DNA of 64,000 nucleotides. Source: Lachnospiraceae bacterium. GTDB taxonomy: Bacteria; Bacillota_I; Bacilli_A; RFN20; CAG-826. Of the stretch, positions 49,870 to 60,466 are shown in pieces; positions within the stretch are counted from its first letter, which is position 1, and every line of letters starts with the position of its first letter. The stretch spans positions 42,051 to 106,050 of the forward strand of contig CAVKZO010000001.1 of assembly GCA_963661135.1 (NCBI GenBank), in the 5' to 3' direction. The notes beneath the pieces were generated by a model that worked only from the letters and a program-made list of their open reading frames with translations, was not told where the DNA came from and ran no database searches. The translations under genes and the position numbers were made by a program.

Positions 49870-52539
49870 TTATTTAGATTTTTTTGCTTCACTTCTTTTT
49901 AAAGTGATTTCTGCTTGAGCAGCAGCTAATCTAGCAATTGGGACTCTGAATGGTGAACATGATACATAGTCTAATCCAACTCTATTGAAGAATTCGATTG
50001 ATTCTGGATCTCCACCGTGTTCTCCACAAACACCGCAAAGTAATTCAGGTCTTGTTGCTTTACCATCTTTAACAGCCATATTAATTAATTTGCCGACACC
50101 TTTTTGGTCAACGTGTTGGAATGGATCTTCTTCAAAAATCTTCTTTTCATAATATGAACCAAGGAATTTTGAAGCATCATCACGTGAGAAACCAAATGTC
50201 ATTTGAGTTAAGTCGTTTGTACCAAAACTGTAGAATTCAGCTTCTTTAGCGATTTCACCACTTAATAAAGCAGCTCTAGGAATTTCGATCATAGTACCGA
50301 CATGGTATTTCATGTTGACGCCATTTTCTTTAATAACTTTATCAGCTTCTTCAGTGACGATTGATTTAACATACTTAAATTCTTTAATATCGAGTGTTAA
50401 TGGAATCATGATTTCAGGTTCAATATCTTTACCTGTATCTTTACTAGCTTTAATAGCAGCTTCGATAATAGCTCTTGTTTGCATTCTTCCAATTTCCGGA
50501 TATGTAACATCAAGTCTACATCCTCTATGTCCCATCATAGGGTTAAATTCGTGTAAATATTCAATTCTATCTTTGATATCTTTAACGGATTTATTTAAAG
50601 ATTTTGCTAATTCTTCAATCTTATCTTCTTCTTGTGGAAGGAATTCGTGAAGAGGTGGGTCTAATAAACGAACATTAACATTAATATGTTCTAAGTTCTT
50701 CATGGACATAAATAATCCATAGAAGTCATCTCTTTGATATGGAAGTAATTCCGCTAATGCTTCTTCTCTTTGTTCGACTGTATCAGCAAGAATCATTCTT
50801 CTCATATGGAAAATTCTGTCTTTGTTGAAGAACATATGTTCTGTTCTACATAATCCAATACCTTCTGCACCAAATTCAGCAGCTTGCATAGCATCTTTTG
50901 GAGTATCTGCGTTAGTTCTGATAGATAATCTTCTATATTTATCAGCAAGTTTCATCATACGTCCGAAGTTACCAGCTTTTGTATCTGCTGGAACAAGTTT
51001 CATACTACCTTCATAGACTGATCCTGTTGAACCATCTAAAGATAATGTATCACCTTTTCCGTAGACTTTTCCGTTAATTGTAACAGTTTCTTTTTCTTCG
51101 TTGACGATAGCTGCGCTACAACCTGTAATACAGCATTTACCCATACCACGAGCGACAACTGCAGCGTGAGAAGTCATACCACCACGCATTGTTAAGATAC
51201 CTTCACTAGCGTTCATACCTTCGATATCTTCTGGAGATGTTTCAGCTCTGACTAAGATGACTTTTTCACCTTTTTCATGTCTTTCTTCAGCATCTTTTGC
51301 GTTGAAACTTAAATGTCCAACACCAGCACCTGGAGATGCAGGGTTACCAACTCCGATTGGAGTATTTTTCTTTAATTCTTTTGTATCAAATGTAGGGTGA
51401 AGTAAGCTATCAAGTAATTTTGGTTCAACTCTTAATACAGCTTCATCTTCTGTAATTTTGCCTTCATCTAATAAATCTAAAGCGATTTGTAAAGAAGCAG
51501 CAGCTGTTCTTTTACCATTTCTTGTTTGAAGGAAGAATAATTTACCGTTTTCAACAGTATATTCCATATCTTGCATATCTTTATAATGTTCTTCCATATT
51601 TTTGATGGTTTTTTCAAATTCAGCATAAACTTCTGGCATTTGATTCTTTAAATAATCGATGTGGTAAGGAGTTCTAATACCAGCAACGACGTCTTCACCT
51701 TGAGCTTGAGGAAGGTATTCAGCATAAACTACTTTTGCACCAGTTGATGGGTCTCTTGAGAAAGCGACACCAGTTCCTGAATTTTCATTTAAGTTACCGA
51801 AAACCATTGATTGAACGTTGACAGCTGTTCCCCATTCATATGGAATAGAGTTCATCTTTCTATAAACGTTAGCTCTTGGGTTGTCCCATGATCTGAAAAC
51901 TGCAGTGACAGCTTCATGTAATTGAACATATGGATCAGTTGGGAAATCTTCACCGAATGTTGTTTTGTAATATTCTTTATATTGTTTAACTAATACTTTT
52001 AATTGTTCTGTTGTGACTTCAGTATCAAGTTTGTAACCGTTGTCTTCTTTAATTTTATCTAACATAGCATCCATGTTTGTTCTTGGATGACCTTTAGCAA
52101 TGTTAGTGAACATTAAGATAAATCTACGATATGAGTCGTAAGCAAATCTTTCGTTGTTGCTTAATTTTGCTAATGTTTCGACTGTGACATCGTTTAAACC
52201 AAGGTTAAGGATTGTATCCATCATACCTGGCATAGAAACTCTAGCACCGCTACGTACGGAAACAAGAAGAGGCATTTTCCCTTCTTCAGCACCGCCAAAT
52301 GATTTTCCTGTTTGTTTTTCAACATCTTTGATTCCTTGATCGATTTGTGCGATTAAGTAATCTGGCATTTTTTTGCCACTTTCATAATAAAGGGTACATG
52401 CTTCAGTTGTTACAGTAAAGCCTTGAGGAATATGAACACCAATATGTGTCATTTCAGCAAGTCCAGCACCCTTTCCTCCAAGAAGCTCTTTTCCTAATCC
52501 GTAAGCTTCATTAAAGAGGTAGACATATTTTTTTGACAT
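49870..52539 (-). CDS. ppdK: Pyruvate, phosphate dikinase
   Basis: MSKKYVYLFNEAYGLGKELLGGKGAGLAEMT…, catalytic His region GGMTSHAAVVARG, C-terminal PEP-utilising domain. ATG at 52539 with GGAGG 7 nt upstream. Confidence 0.95.
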   Translation of the reverse strand: MSKKYVYLFNEAYGLGKELLGGKGAGLAEMTHIGVHIPQGFTVTTEACTLYYESGKKMPDYLIAQIDQGIKDVEKQTGKSFGGAEEGKMPLLVSVRSGARVSMPGMMDTILNLGLNDVTVETLAKLSNNERFAYDSYRRFILMFTNIAKGHPRTNMDAMLDKIKEDNGYKLDTEVTTEQLKVLVKQYKEYYKTTFGEDFPTDPYVQLHEAVTAVFRSWDNPRANVYRKMNSIPYEWGTAVNVQSMVFGNLNENSGTGVAFSRDPSTGAKVVYAEYLPQAQGEDVVAGIRTPYHIDYLKNQMPEVYAEFEKTIKNMEEHYKDMQDMEYTVENGKLFFLQTRNGKRTAAASLQIALDLLDEGKITEDEAVLRVEPKLLDSLLHPTFDTKELKKNTPIGVGNPASPGAGVGHLSFNAKDAEERHEKGEKVILVRAETSPEDIEGMNASEGILTMRGGMTSHAAVVARGMGKCCITGCSAAIVNEEKETVTINGKVYGKGDTLSLDGSTGSVYEGSMKLVPADTKAGNFGRMMKLADKYRRLSIRTNADTPKDAMQAAEFGAEGIGLCRTEHMFFNKDRIFHMRRMILADTVEQREEALAELLPYQRDDFYGLFMSMKNLEHINVNVRLLDPPLHEFLPQEEDKIEELAKSLNKSVKDIKDRIEYLHEFNPMMGHRGCRLDVTYPEIGRMQTRAIIEAAIKASKDTGKDIEPEIMIPLTLDIKEFKYVKSIVTEEADKVIKENGVNMKYHVGTMIEIPRAALLSGEIAKEAEFYSFGTNDLTQMTFGFSRDDASKFLGSYYEKKIFEEDPFQHVDQKGVGKLINMAVKDGKATRPELLCGVCGEHGGDPESIEFFNRVGLDYVSCSPFRVPIARLAAAQAEITLKRSEAKKSK

Positions 52540-52692
52540 CTTTTTTCCTCCAAAATTAATAGTAGTCAAAATAACCACGATGGTATTATAACATTTTATA
52601 TCTATGATATAAACAAATAATAAATTATTTTTCTATTACTAATTTTTGCTTGAATTGTTTAAAATAATTGATATAAAGGACAATTTAATAGT

Positions 52693-54270
52693 ATGGAAAA
52701 AGAAGAAAAGTTTGTTTTAACAATTGATTTTGGAACACAATCTGTAAGGGTTTCTATTATTGATAATAAAGGTAATTTTGTAGCATTTGAACAAGAGAAA
52801 TATATTGAGCCATATTTTTCAGTTAAACCTGGATATTGCGAACAAAATCCTGATTTTTATTATGAATGTATGTGTAAAGCGTCTAAAAGATTGGCAGAAA
52901 AAAATAAGGATTTGCTATCGAAATGTAAATATTTTTCAATAACTTGTTTTAGAGATACTGCTGCTTATCTTGATAAAGATTATAAAGTTGTGCGTCCGTC
53001 TATTATTTGGTTAGATCAAAGGCAAGCGAAATTAGAAGAGAAAATTCCTGCTTTATATACAGCTCTATTTAATGTAATTGGAATGGGAAATACTATAGTT
53101 TTTAATAGAAAACGTACCCCAGCTTTATGGATTAAAGAAAACGAAAAAGAGAATTGGGATAAAATAAGACATTATGTTCCATTATCGTCTTATTTTATTT
53201 ATAGAATGACTGGTGTTTGTGGTGATGGTCCTTCAAATATGATAGGACATTATCCTATAAATTTTAAAAAGAAAGAATGGTATAAATCAATTAAAGGCCT
53301 AAAAGCATGTATATTTGGTATACCTATTGAATATTTACCTACAATTTATGAAACTGGGAGTGTTATTGGAGAAATAACAAATCAAGGATATTATGAAACT
53401 GGACTTCCAGAAGGTTTAAAATTTATTACAACTGGGAATGATAAATCTTGTGAAGCTTTAGGTTGTGGAGCGATCGATTCAACGTTTGCTCATATAAGTT
53501 ATGGAACAGCAAGTTCTATCGCTGTAGTTAAAGATAAATATTTTGAACCAGAGCCTTTTTTACCATCTTATGCTTGTTGTTATAAAGGAGCTTACACTGG
53601 AGAAGTTCAAGTGTATAGAGGATATTGGATGCTAGGTTGGTTTAGTAAACAATTTGCTAATAAAGAGATGATGGAAGCTGAAATAGAAAACATTGCTCCA
53701 GAAGAAATTTTAAATAAAAAACTAGCTGAAATCCCACCTGGAAGTGACGGACTCATCGTTCAACCTTACTGGGGACCATCTTTAAGTAGGCCTTTATCAA
53801 AAGGCTCTATAATTGGATTTTTTGATGTTCATACAAAATACCATTTATATAGAGCTATTATTGAAGGTATTGCATACGCTTTAAAAGAAGGTTTGATTGG
53901 TATTGTTAAAAAGACTAAGAAAAAAATTAAATATTTAACTATAAGCGGAGGCGGAAGTAAAAGTGATGCTATTTGTCAAATAACTGCTGATATATTTGGC
54001 ATCCCTGTTATTAAAACTTCTACATATGAAACGAGTTCTTTAGGTTGTGCAATGGCAATATTTTTAGGAATAAATGAATTTAAAGATATAAAAGAAGCAA
54101 AAGAAAATATGGTACATGTGAATAAAACATTTGTTCCTAATTTAGAAGCGTATCAAAAATACGATTATTTATTTAGAAAAGTATATTTGAATTTATATCC
54201 AAATTTAAAAGCTTCTTATAAACATTTATCAAATTATTTACAAATCAATAACGAGGGTGTAATCAAATAA
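52693..54270 (+). CDS. FGGY-family carbohydrate kinase (substrate unknown)
   Basis: TIDFGTQSVRVSI… FGGY N-terminal motif and C-terminal …SGGGSKSDAICQITADIFGIPV…. 525 aa. Confidence 0.85.
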   Translation: MEKEEKFVLTIDFGTQSVRVSIIDNKGNFVAFEQEKYIEPYFSVKPGYCEQNPDFYYECMCKASKRLAEKNKDLLSKCKYFSITCFRDTAAYLDKDYKVVRPSIIWLDQRQAKLEEKIPALYTALFNVIGMGNTIVFNRKRTPALWIKENEKENWDKIRHYVPLSSYFIYRMTGVCGDGPSNMIGHYPINFKKKEWYKSIKGLKACIFGIPIEYLPTIYETGSVIGEITNQGYYETGLPEGLKFITTGNDKSCEALGCGAIDSTFAHISYGTASSIAVVKDKYFEPEPFLPSYACCYKGAYTGEVQVYRGYWMLGWFSKQFANKEMMEAEIENIAPEEILNKKLAEIPPGSDGLIVQPYWGPSLSRPLSKGSIIGFFDVHTKYHLYRAIIEGIAYALKEGLIGIVKKTKKKIKYLTISGGGSKSDAICQITADIFGIPVIKTSTYETSSLGCAMAIFLGINEFKDIKEAKENMVHVNKTFVPNLEAYQKYDYLFRKVYLNLYPNLKASYKHLSNYLQINNEGVIK

Positions 54271-54272
54271 TA

Positions 54273-56345
54273 TTAGCTTTCGAGTTGGTCTTCATTATTT
54301 GCCATAGGATTTATTCCTGCAAATTGAGAGCTATATAAGTCGTAATAAAATCCTTTTTTAGCTAGTAAATCATAGTGATTTCCGATTTCTACGATTTTAC
54401 CTTTTTTCATAACAATAATCTGTTTTGCGTTTTTAATTGTTGATAATCTATGGGCAATAACAAAGCTTGTTCTATCTTTCATAATACTATTTAATGCGTC
54501 TTGAATTTGAGATTCTGTTCTTGTATCAACGCTACTTGTAGCTTCATCCAAAATCATGATTTTTGGTTTAGAAATTATAGCTCTTGCAATGGTTAATAAT
54601 TGTCTTTGTCCTTGAGAAATGTTTGTGCCGTCTTCATCAAGCATAAAGTTAAATCCATTTGGTAATGATGTAATAAAATCGTAAATATGTGCTTGTTTAC
54701 AACCTTGTATCAATTCTTCTTCTGCTGCCTTTTGATTACCAAAAAGTAAATTATCTTTTATTGTGCCCTTAAATAACCAACTATCTTGTAAAACCATGCC
54801 TATTGAGCCTCTTAAACATTCTAAGGAATAGTATGTTATAGGTTTATCATCTAAATAGATGTTACCTGAATTTAAATCATAAAATCTCATTATTAAATTA
54901 ACCATTGTAGTCTTTCCAGCGCCAGTTGGCCCAACAATAGCAACCAAATCACCTTTATTAACTTCTAAATTAAAATCTTCGATCAACGGTTTATTTTCAA
55001 CATATCTAAAATAGACATGTTTAAATGAAAATTTTCCTTCAATTTTGCTAGAATCAGATATTAATTTTTCTTTTTTATATACATCGATTTTATAGTCGCC
55101 AATTTTATCAAATTCTATATGTTTTCCAACTTCTTTTTCTTTTATTGTAATATTATTAATTGTTGTTTCATATATAAAATAAGCATTCATATTGTTATTT
55201 AAAGAATATAAAAATCTGTTATTGATTGAAAATGTTGAATTTTTAAGATCATTATAATTTCTAATATGAATATTATTTTGAGAAACTAAAGTTGGAATTA
55301 TAAATGAGCCATCTTTTGCTGCTTCTTCTTCATCTAAAAGATTATAGATTCTTTCACCGCTTGCCACTACAGATTGAATAACATTGAAAATTTGGCCTAT
55401 TTGTTGGAATGGTCTATTGAATAAATTTAGGAACAAGAAGAATGTTAACATTGATGCAGCATCATTTATTATTCCTCCAACTACAGCAATTGCTACGTAT
55501 GATAAGTTATTTATAAAGAAAGTAGATGGAAAAATAAAACCGCTTAAAAATTGAGAAAGATAGTCGTTTTTAGCTAATTTTTTGTTGTTTTCTTCAAAAA
55601 TTACTCTTGTATCTTCTTCTTTATTAAATAATTTAATAATTCTATAACCAGCATATGTTTCTTCAATTTGACCATTTAATACACCTAATTGGCGTCTATA
55701 ATTTGTAAATTGCTTTCCGCTAAATTTGGATATACATACAACAACTAATAAAGTAAAAGGAATAGAAGCAATGGCAACTAACGCTAATTCCCATTGAACA
55801 ACAAACATTGAGATTAATGTACCAAAGAACAATGTAAATGAAGTGAATGTTTGAGTGATTATAGATGTTAAGTTTCTCGATATATTATCAACATCATTCG
55901 TACCTATTGAAAGTGTGTCACCATAAGGAACTCTATCAAAATATGATAACGGTAAAAGATTTAATTTTCTTTGGACTTTTTGTCGCATATTATAAGCATA
56001 ATTTGAGCTGATATTTACAGCTAAATATTGCGATATAAACGATATTAAAGAACTTCCAATATATAAAGCAAGTAATAATCCGAAACTATATGTAAATGCT
56101 TGCCAGTTAATTGAAATTGTATTTGTTGCTTTATCAATATTTAAAATGCTATTGGTGGACATAGCCATAATTTCTTTCATATAAACTGCAGCATAAATTG
56201 TAAGCACTGCACTAATTATGGATAACAAAATAACAACAATTATTAAAGGTAATTGTTTTTTAAAATCTTTAATCATTCTATAAAAAGATTTTTTAAAGTT
56301 TTTTGGTTTATCTTTACTGTGTCTTCCGTGCATTCTTGGTGGCAT
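54273..56345 (-). CDS. ABC exporter permease/ATPase subunit (heterodimer partner B) with ~95-aa low-complexity insert between TMD and NBD
   Basis: 6-TM exporter domain + NBD (GPTGAGKTT, LSQGQRQL, ILDEATS). Start at MPPRMHGR just after the upstream partner stop. Confidence 0.85.
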   Translation of the reverse strand: MPPRMHGRHSKDKPKNFKKSFYRMIKDFKKQLPLIIVVILLSIISAVLTIYAAVYMKEIMAMSTNSILNIDKATNTISINWQAFTYSFGLLLALYIGSSLISFISQYLAVNISSNYAYNMRQKVQRKLNLLPLSYFDRVPYGDTLSIGTNDVDNISRNLTSIITQTFTSFTLFFGTLISMFVVQWELALVAIASIPFTLLVVVCISKFSGKQFTNYRRQLGVLNGQIEETYAGYRIIKLFNKEEDTRVIFEENNKKLAKNDYLSQFLSGFIFPSTFFINNLSYVAIAVVGGIINDAASMLTFFLFLNLFNRPFQQIGQIFNVIQSVVASGERIYNLLDEEEAAKDGSFIIPTLVSQNNIHIRNYNDLKNSTFSINNRFLYSLNNNMNAYFIYETTINNITIKEKEVGKHIEFDKIGDYKIDVYKKEKLISDSSKIEGKFSFKHVYFRYVENKPLIEDFNLEVNKGDLVAIVGPTGAGKTTMVNLIMRFYDLNSGNIYLDDKPITYYSLECLRGSIGMVLQDSWLFKGTIKDNLLFGNQKAAEEELIQGCKQAHIYDFITSLPNGFNFMLDEDGTNISQGQRQLLTIARAIISKPKIMILDEATSSVDTRTESQIQDALNSIMKDRTSFVIAHRLSTIKNAKQIIVMKKGKIVEIGNHYDLLAKKGFYYDLYSSQFAGINPMANNEDQLES

Positions 56346-56346
56346 A

Positions 56347-58176
56347 TTATTCCTCACCTTTATTAATTTTATTAAGCATTTCGATAGTTTTTTGAACTTC
56401 TTCACTATCTAATTGCGATTTAACGATGTCTTGATATATAGGACAATTTAAAAGTAATTCACCATGCTTTCCTTGACCTACACATTTGCCATTATGTAAA
56501 ACGATAATATTATCTGCATCAAGTATTGAGGATACCCTTTGAGCGACAATAATAATTGATGAATTTTTTGTGTAGCCTTTTAATGCGTATCTTAATTTAG
56601 CGTCAGTTTTAAAATCTAAAGCACTAAAAGAATCATCAAAAACATATATTTCTGGTTTTTTAATAAGGGCTCTAGCTATACATAAACGTTGTTTTTGACC
56701 GCCTGAAAAATTTTTACCACCTTGAGAGACTATCGATAATTTGCCTTCAGGAAGCTTATCAACAAAATTTTTAGCCTGGGCTATTTCTAAGACTTTATCT
56801 ATATCATCGCTAGTTGCATCATTATTTCCAAATTTAATATTATTTTCAATAGTACCTGAAAATAGCAATGCTTGTTGAGGAACGAAACCAATCATATCCT
56901 TTAAATCTTTTAAAGGTAAATCTTTAATATTATAAGAATCAATAGATATTTCTCCTTCGGTAGGATCATAGAATCTAGGAATTAAATTAATTAAAGTGCT
57001 TTTACCACTTCCTGTTGATCCGATTATAGCTGTTGTTGTACCTGGTTTAGTCTTAAATGATATGTTTTCCAATATATTTTTGCTTCCGTCAGGATATTTA
57101 AAAGAAACATTTTTAAATTCAATTACGCCTTTATCTCTATTATTAAAGACTTCTCTATTAAAATCTTTTAGATCAATTTCTTTAATTGTGTCTTCACAAA
57201 TTAATACCTCGTTAATTCTTTTGATACTAGCATTAGCTTGAGGTATCATAATTAATAACATTGCTAATATTATAAATGATTGCATGATTTGCATTGAGTA
57301 TTGGCTAACCACAACTATTCCTGAAACGGTATTAGATAAAGTTGTCGTTTCAGTAACTGAGACACCACTCATTAAATAATATCCTAATGCAAAAATAGCT
57401 ACGTAACTTATGTTAAAAAATATTGAAATAATAGGATCCGCAGCAGCCATGATTTTACTGGCTTTAGCAATAGTTTTTGTGGCTTTTAAATTAGCATCAT
57501 CAAATTTAGAATCTTCAGTTTCTTGTTGATTATATGCTCTTATAACTCTAATACCAGTTAAATTTTCTCTTAATACAATTGTGATATTATCTATATTAAT
57601 TTGTAATTTTTTAAATAAAGGCGCAGTGACTATTAATAAAATAATTAATGATATGATGATTAAAGGTAAAACAACTGCTAAAACAATAGCTAATTTAGGG
57701 TTTGTATAGTTGTTTGTAAATATTAATATAAAAGCTATAACCATGTAGGTTGGAGACATTACTATTGTTCTAATGCCCATGATTAAGAAATTCTTTATTT
57801 GTTCAGTATCGTTTGTAGTTCTTGTAATTAATGTAGCTGTTCCGAATTTATTGAAATCTTGTAATGATAAATGAGTTATTTTATTAAAAATTTGACTTCT
57901 TAATTCTTTACTAACATAAGATGCCAAATATGAGCAAAAATAGTTTTGAAATGCTGCGCATAAAAATACACCAACACTTATTAAAATCATCCAACCACCT
58001 TCGATTAATATTTGGTTTATAACATTATCAGGTTGGGGTATTTGTGTGATTATTTTTTGAATTGAATTCATTTTATCAGGTAATTGAAGTTGTAAATAAC
58101 ATTGTAAAATAATAGCGGCGAATACAGCTAGAACTAGATACCATTTTTTAAAAAGAACATTTAAAATTTTCTTCAT
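56347..58176 (-). CDS. ABC exporter permease/ATPase subunit (heterodimer partner A)
   Basis: 6-TM + NBD (GSTGSGKST, FSGGQKQRL, VFDDSFSALD). 609 aa. Confidence 0.85.
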   Translation of the reverse strand: MKKILNVLFKKWYLVLAVFAAIILQCYLQLQLPDKMNSIQKIITQIPQPDNVINQILIEGGWMILISVGVFLCAAFQNYFCSYLASYVSKELRSQIFNKITHLSLQDFNKFGTATLITRTTNDTEQIKNFLIMGIRTIVMSPTYMVIAFILIFTNNYTNPKLAIVLAVVLPLIIISLIILLIVTAPLFKKLQINIDNITIVLRENLTGIRVIRAYNQQETEDSKFDDANLKATKTIAKASKIMAAADPIISIFFNISYVAIFALGYYLMSGVSVTETTTLSNTVSGIVVVSQYSMQIMQSFIILAMLLIMIPQANASIKRINEVLICEDTIKEIDLKDFNREVFNNRDKGVIEFKNVSFKYPDGSKNILENISFKTKPGTTTAIIGSTGSGKSTLINLIPRFYDPTEGEISIDSYNIKDLPLKDLKDMIGFVPQQALLFSGTIENNIKFGNNDATSDDIDKVLEIAQAKNFVDKLPEGKLSIVSQGGKNFSGGQKQRLCIARALIKKPEIYVFDDSFSALDFKTDAKLRYALKGYTKNSSIIIVAQRVSSILDADNIIVLHNGKCVGQGKHGELLLNCPIYQDIVKSQLDSEEVQKTIEMLNKINKGEE

Positions 58177-58184
58177 AATAATCC

Positions 58185-58778
58185 TTAAATCTTAATAATA
58201 TCTAAAATAAAATTTTCGTCAATCTTTTTAATTGAAGAAGGATCTTTAATCGAGGAATAGACTAAGCCAGTTAAATAAAAATAGTATGAATCTGCTAATT
58301 GTTTTGCTGTAAATAGTTTAAAATCGTTATTTTGTTCTATAATCTGTTGAAAAATATTAACTAATTTTTTGTATCCTTTTTTATAATAACTTTTAATATC
58401 TTCGTTTTCTAAAGAGTTGTATGGTAATGTAAGTAAAAGAAACAAATAAAATCTTTTCTCTTCAGATTCTTTTACACTTTTAATAAATAAATAATGAAAA
58501 TCTTTGAATTTAGATACTGAATCAGTATCTTTTTGACTTATTTTTAAGAATTCATAGTTAAATAATTTTCTAGATTTCAATGAAAGTTCTTTTGTGATTT
58601 CTTCTTTACTTTCAAAATAATGATAAATTAATCCATGAGAACACCCTACCTCTTTTGCAATTTCATCCATTGTAATGCTTTCGATTCCAAAATTAGCAAA
58701 AAGTCTTAAAGAAGCACTAAGAATTTCTTCCTTTCTTTTTTCTTTTAGCAATTTGTTTTGTTCAAAAGTTTTAGGCAT
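58185..58778 (-). CDS. TetR/AcrR-family transcriptional regulator (likely controls the downstream ABC exporter pair)
   Basis: HTH …FGIESITMDEIAKEVGCSHGLIYHYFESKEE…. 197 aa. 8-nt gap to the exporter operon. Confidence 0.8.
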   Translation of the reverse strand: MPKTFEQNKLLKEKRKEEILSASLRLFANFGIESITMDEIAKEVGCSHGLIYHYFESKEEITKELSLKSRKLFNYEFLKISQKDTDSVSKFKDFHYLFIKSVKESEEKRFYLFLLLTLPYNSLENEDIKSYYKKGYKKLVNIFQQIIEQNNDFKLFTAKQLADSYYFYLTGLVYSSIKDPSSIKKIDENFILDIIKI

Positions 58779-58827
58779 ACAAAAAATATATTATTCATTG
58801 ACAAAATTGTCAATAATAAAAATTTGC

Positions 58828-59778
58828 TTATAAATATTTTTTACAATCTTCTACAATATCTTTATCTAAATTATTAATATTTGTTGAATTTTTAATAGAA
58901 TCAATTCTATTTAAAAATTCTTTTCTTGCTTTTTTATAATTTTCAATGTATTTACGTTTTTTAAAGAAATCTATTTTAATAAATAACTTTCTTGAAAAAT
59001 GAAGTGCTTTTGTAGATAAATCTACATTATTTAATAATTCATATGCTCTTAAAAATGTATATATTTTTAAGAAAAAATCAGCAGTCATTGTTAGTTCTTT
59101 TGAGTGAACAATTGAATTATTTCTTTGAAGATATAAATATCCTCTATAAGTCGTAAATTTAATTTCTTTATTAGTTTTTGCTAAACATATCGAATTAAAA
59201 TAATAATCTTCACATATTAAATAACGATTGTCGAATTGGATATTATACTTATCTAAAAAATCTTTTCTATAAATCTTATTCCAAACATAACCTCTAATCT
59301 GAACATCTAAATATAAAGCTTTTCTAGCTTTTTTTGGAGAACAATGTTTTGAAATTCTAAATTTCGAAGCAAAACCTTTATTATATTTGCCTTCTTTTCC
59401 TTCGTATACCAAGTAGTAGTTGCATGAGCCGATATCTGAATCAGTATTCGCGATCGTATTATATAATTCTTTTATATAATCTTTTAAAACCCCATCATCT
59501 CCATCAACAAAAAGAATAAATTTTCCTCTCGCAATTTTTAATCCATCGTTTCTTGTATCAGAAGGATTTTTATTACAAACTGAAAGTTTAATAAATTTAT
59601 TAGGATTTTTTGAAACAAAAGCATCAATAATCTCATTAGAATTATCACAACAATTATCGCTTACACAGATAATTTCATAAGGCAAATCGAATGATTGCTC
59701 ATCTAACCCTTTTAAACAACTATTTAAATATTTTCCAACTCCATGAATTGGAACAATGACACTTACTGCAATTTCCAT
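58828..59778 (-). CDS. Glycosyltransferase family 2
   Basis: VSVIVPIHGVGKYL…ICVSDNCCDNS…ILFVDGDD (DxD) GT-A motifs. 316 aa. Confidence 0.8.
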   Translation of the reverse strand: MEIAVSVIVPIHGVGKYLNSCLKGLDEQSFDLPYEIICVSDNCCDNSNEIIDAFVSKNPNKFIKLSVCNKNPSDTRNDGLKIARGKFILFVDGDDGVLKDYIKELYNTIANTDSDIGSCNYYLVYEGKEGKYNKGFASKFRISKHCSPKKARKALYLDVQIRGYVWNKIYRKDFLDKYNIQFDNRYLICEDYYFNSICLAKTNKEIKFTTYRGYLYLQRNNSIVHSKELTMTADFFLKIYTFLRAYELLNNVDLSTKALHFSRKLFIKIDFFKKRKYIENYKKARKEFLNRIDSIKNSTNINNLDKDIVEDCKKYL

Positions 59779-59899
59779 AAAAATAATTTTAAATGTTTAT
59801 AGTAATAAAATCAAAATTATCTTCTTTTGCTTATGATGATGCTTTCATTATATAGTTAAAAATCTTTAATTTATTATTTAACAATAGTAAAATAATTTT

Positions 59900-60466
59900 A
59901 TGAAATTAATTGTAGGTTTAGGAAATCCAGGAAAAGAATATGAACATTCAAGACACAACATGGGATTTGATGTTGTTGATATGTTTGCTGATTCTTTAGG
60001 CGTAGATATTGATAAAGAAGATTTTAAAGGATTATATATAAGAACTAAGTTTTATAATGAAGATTTAATTTTATTAAAACCACAAACTTATATGAATTTG
60101 AGTGGGGATTCCATATCTTTATTGATGAATTACTTTAAAATCTCAGCAGAAGATTTAATTGTTATTTATGATGATATGGATACTAAAGTTGGACAAATAA
60201 AATTAAAGATAAAAGGCAGTAGTGGAGGCCATAATGGTTTGAAATCCATCATCTCAAATTTAAAGACTGAAGAATTTAAAAGAATTAAAATTGGGATAGG
60301 GAAACCATCGTATAATACTATAGATTTTGTTTTAACAAAGCCTAATAAGGAAGAAAATGAATTAATAGAACAAGCTAAAAAAAATGCAGTTGATGCTTTA
60401 AAAATATCCTTAAAAGAATCTTTTAATAAAGCGATGACGATATATAATAAAGAGGTAAGCCTATAA
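59900..60466 (+). CDS. pth: Peptidyl-tRNA hydrolase
   Basis: MKLIVGLGNPGKEYEHSRHNMGF… canonical Pth. 188 aa. Confidence 0.95.
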   Translation: MKLIVGLGNPGKEYEHSRHNMGFDVVDMFADSLGVDIDKEDFKGLYIRTKFYNEDLILLKPQTYMNLSGDSISLLMNYFKISAEDLIVIYDDMDTKVGQIKLKIKGSSGGHNGLKSIISNLKTEEFKRIKIGIGKPSYNTIDFVLTKPNKEENELIEQAKKNAVDALKISLKESFNKAMTIYNKEVSL

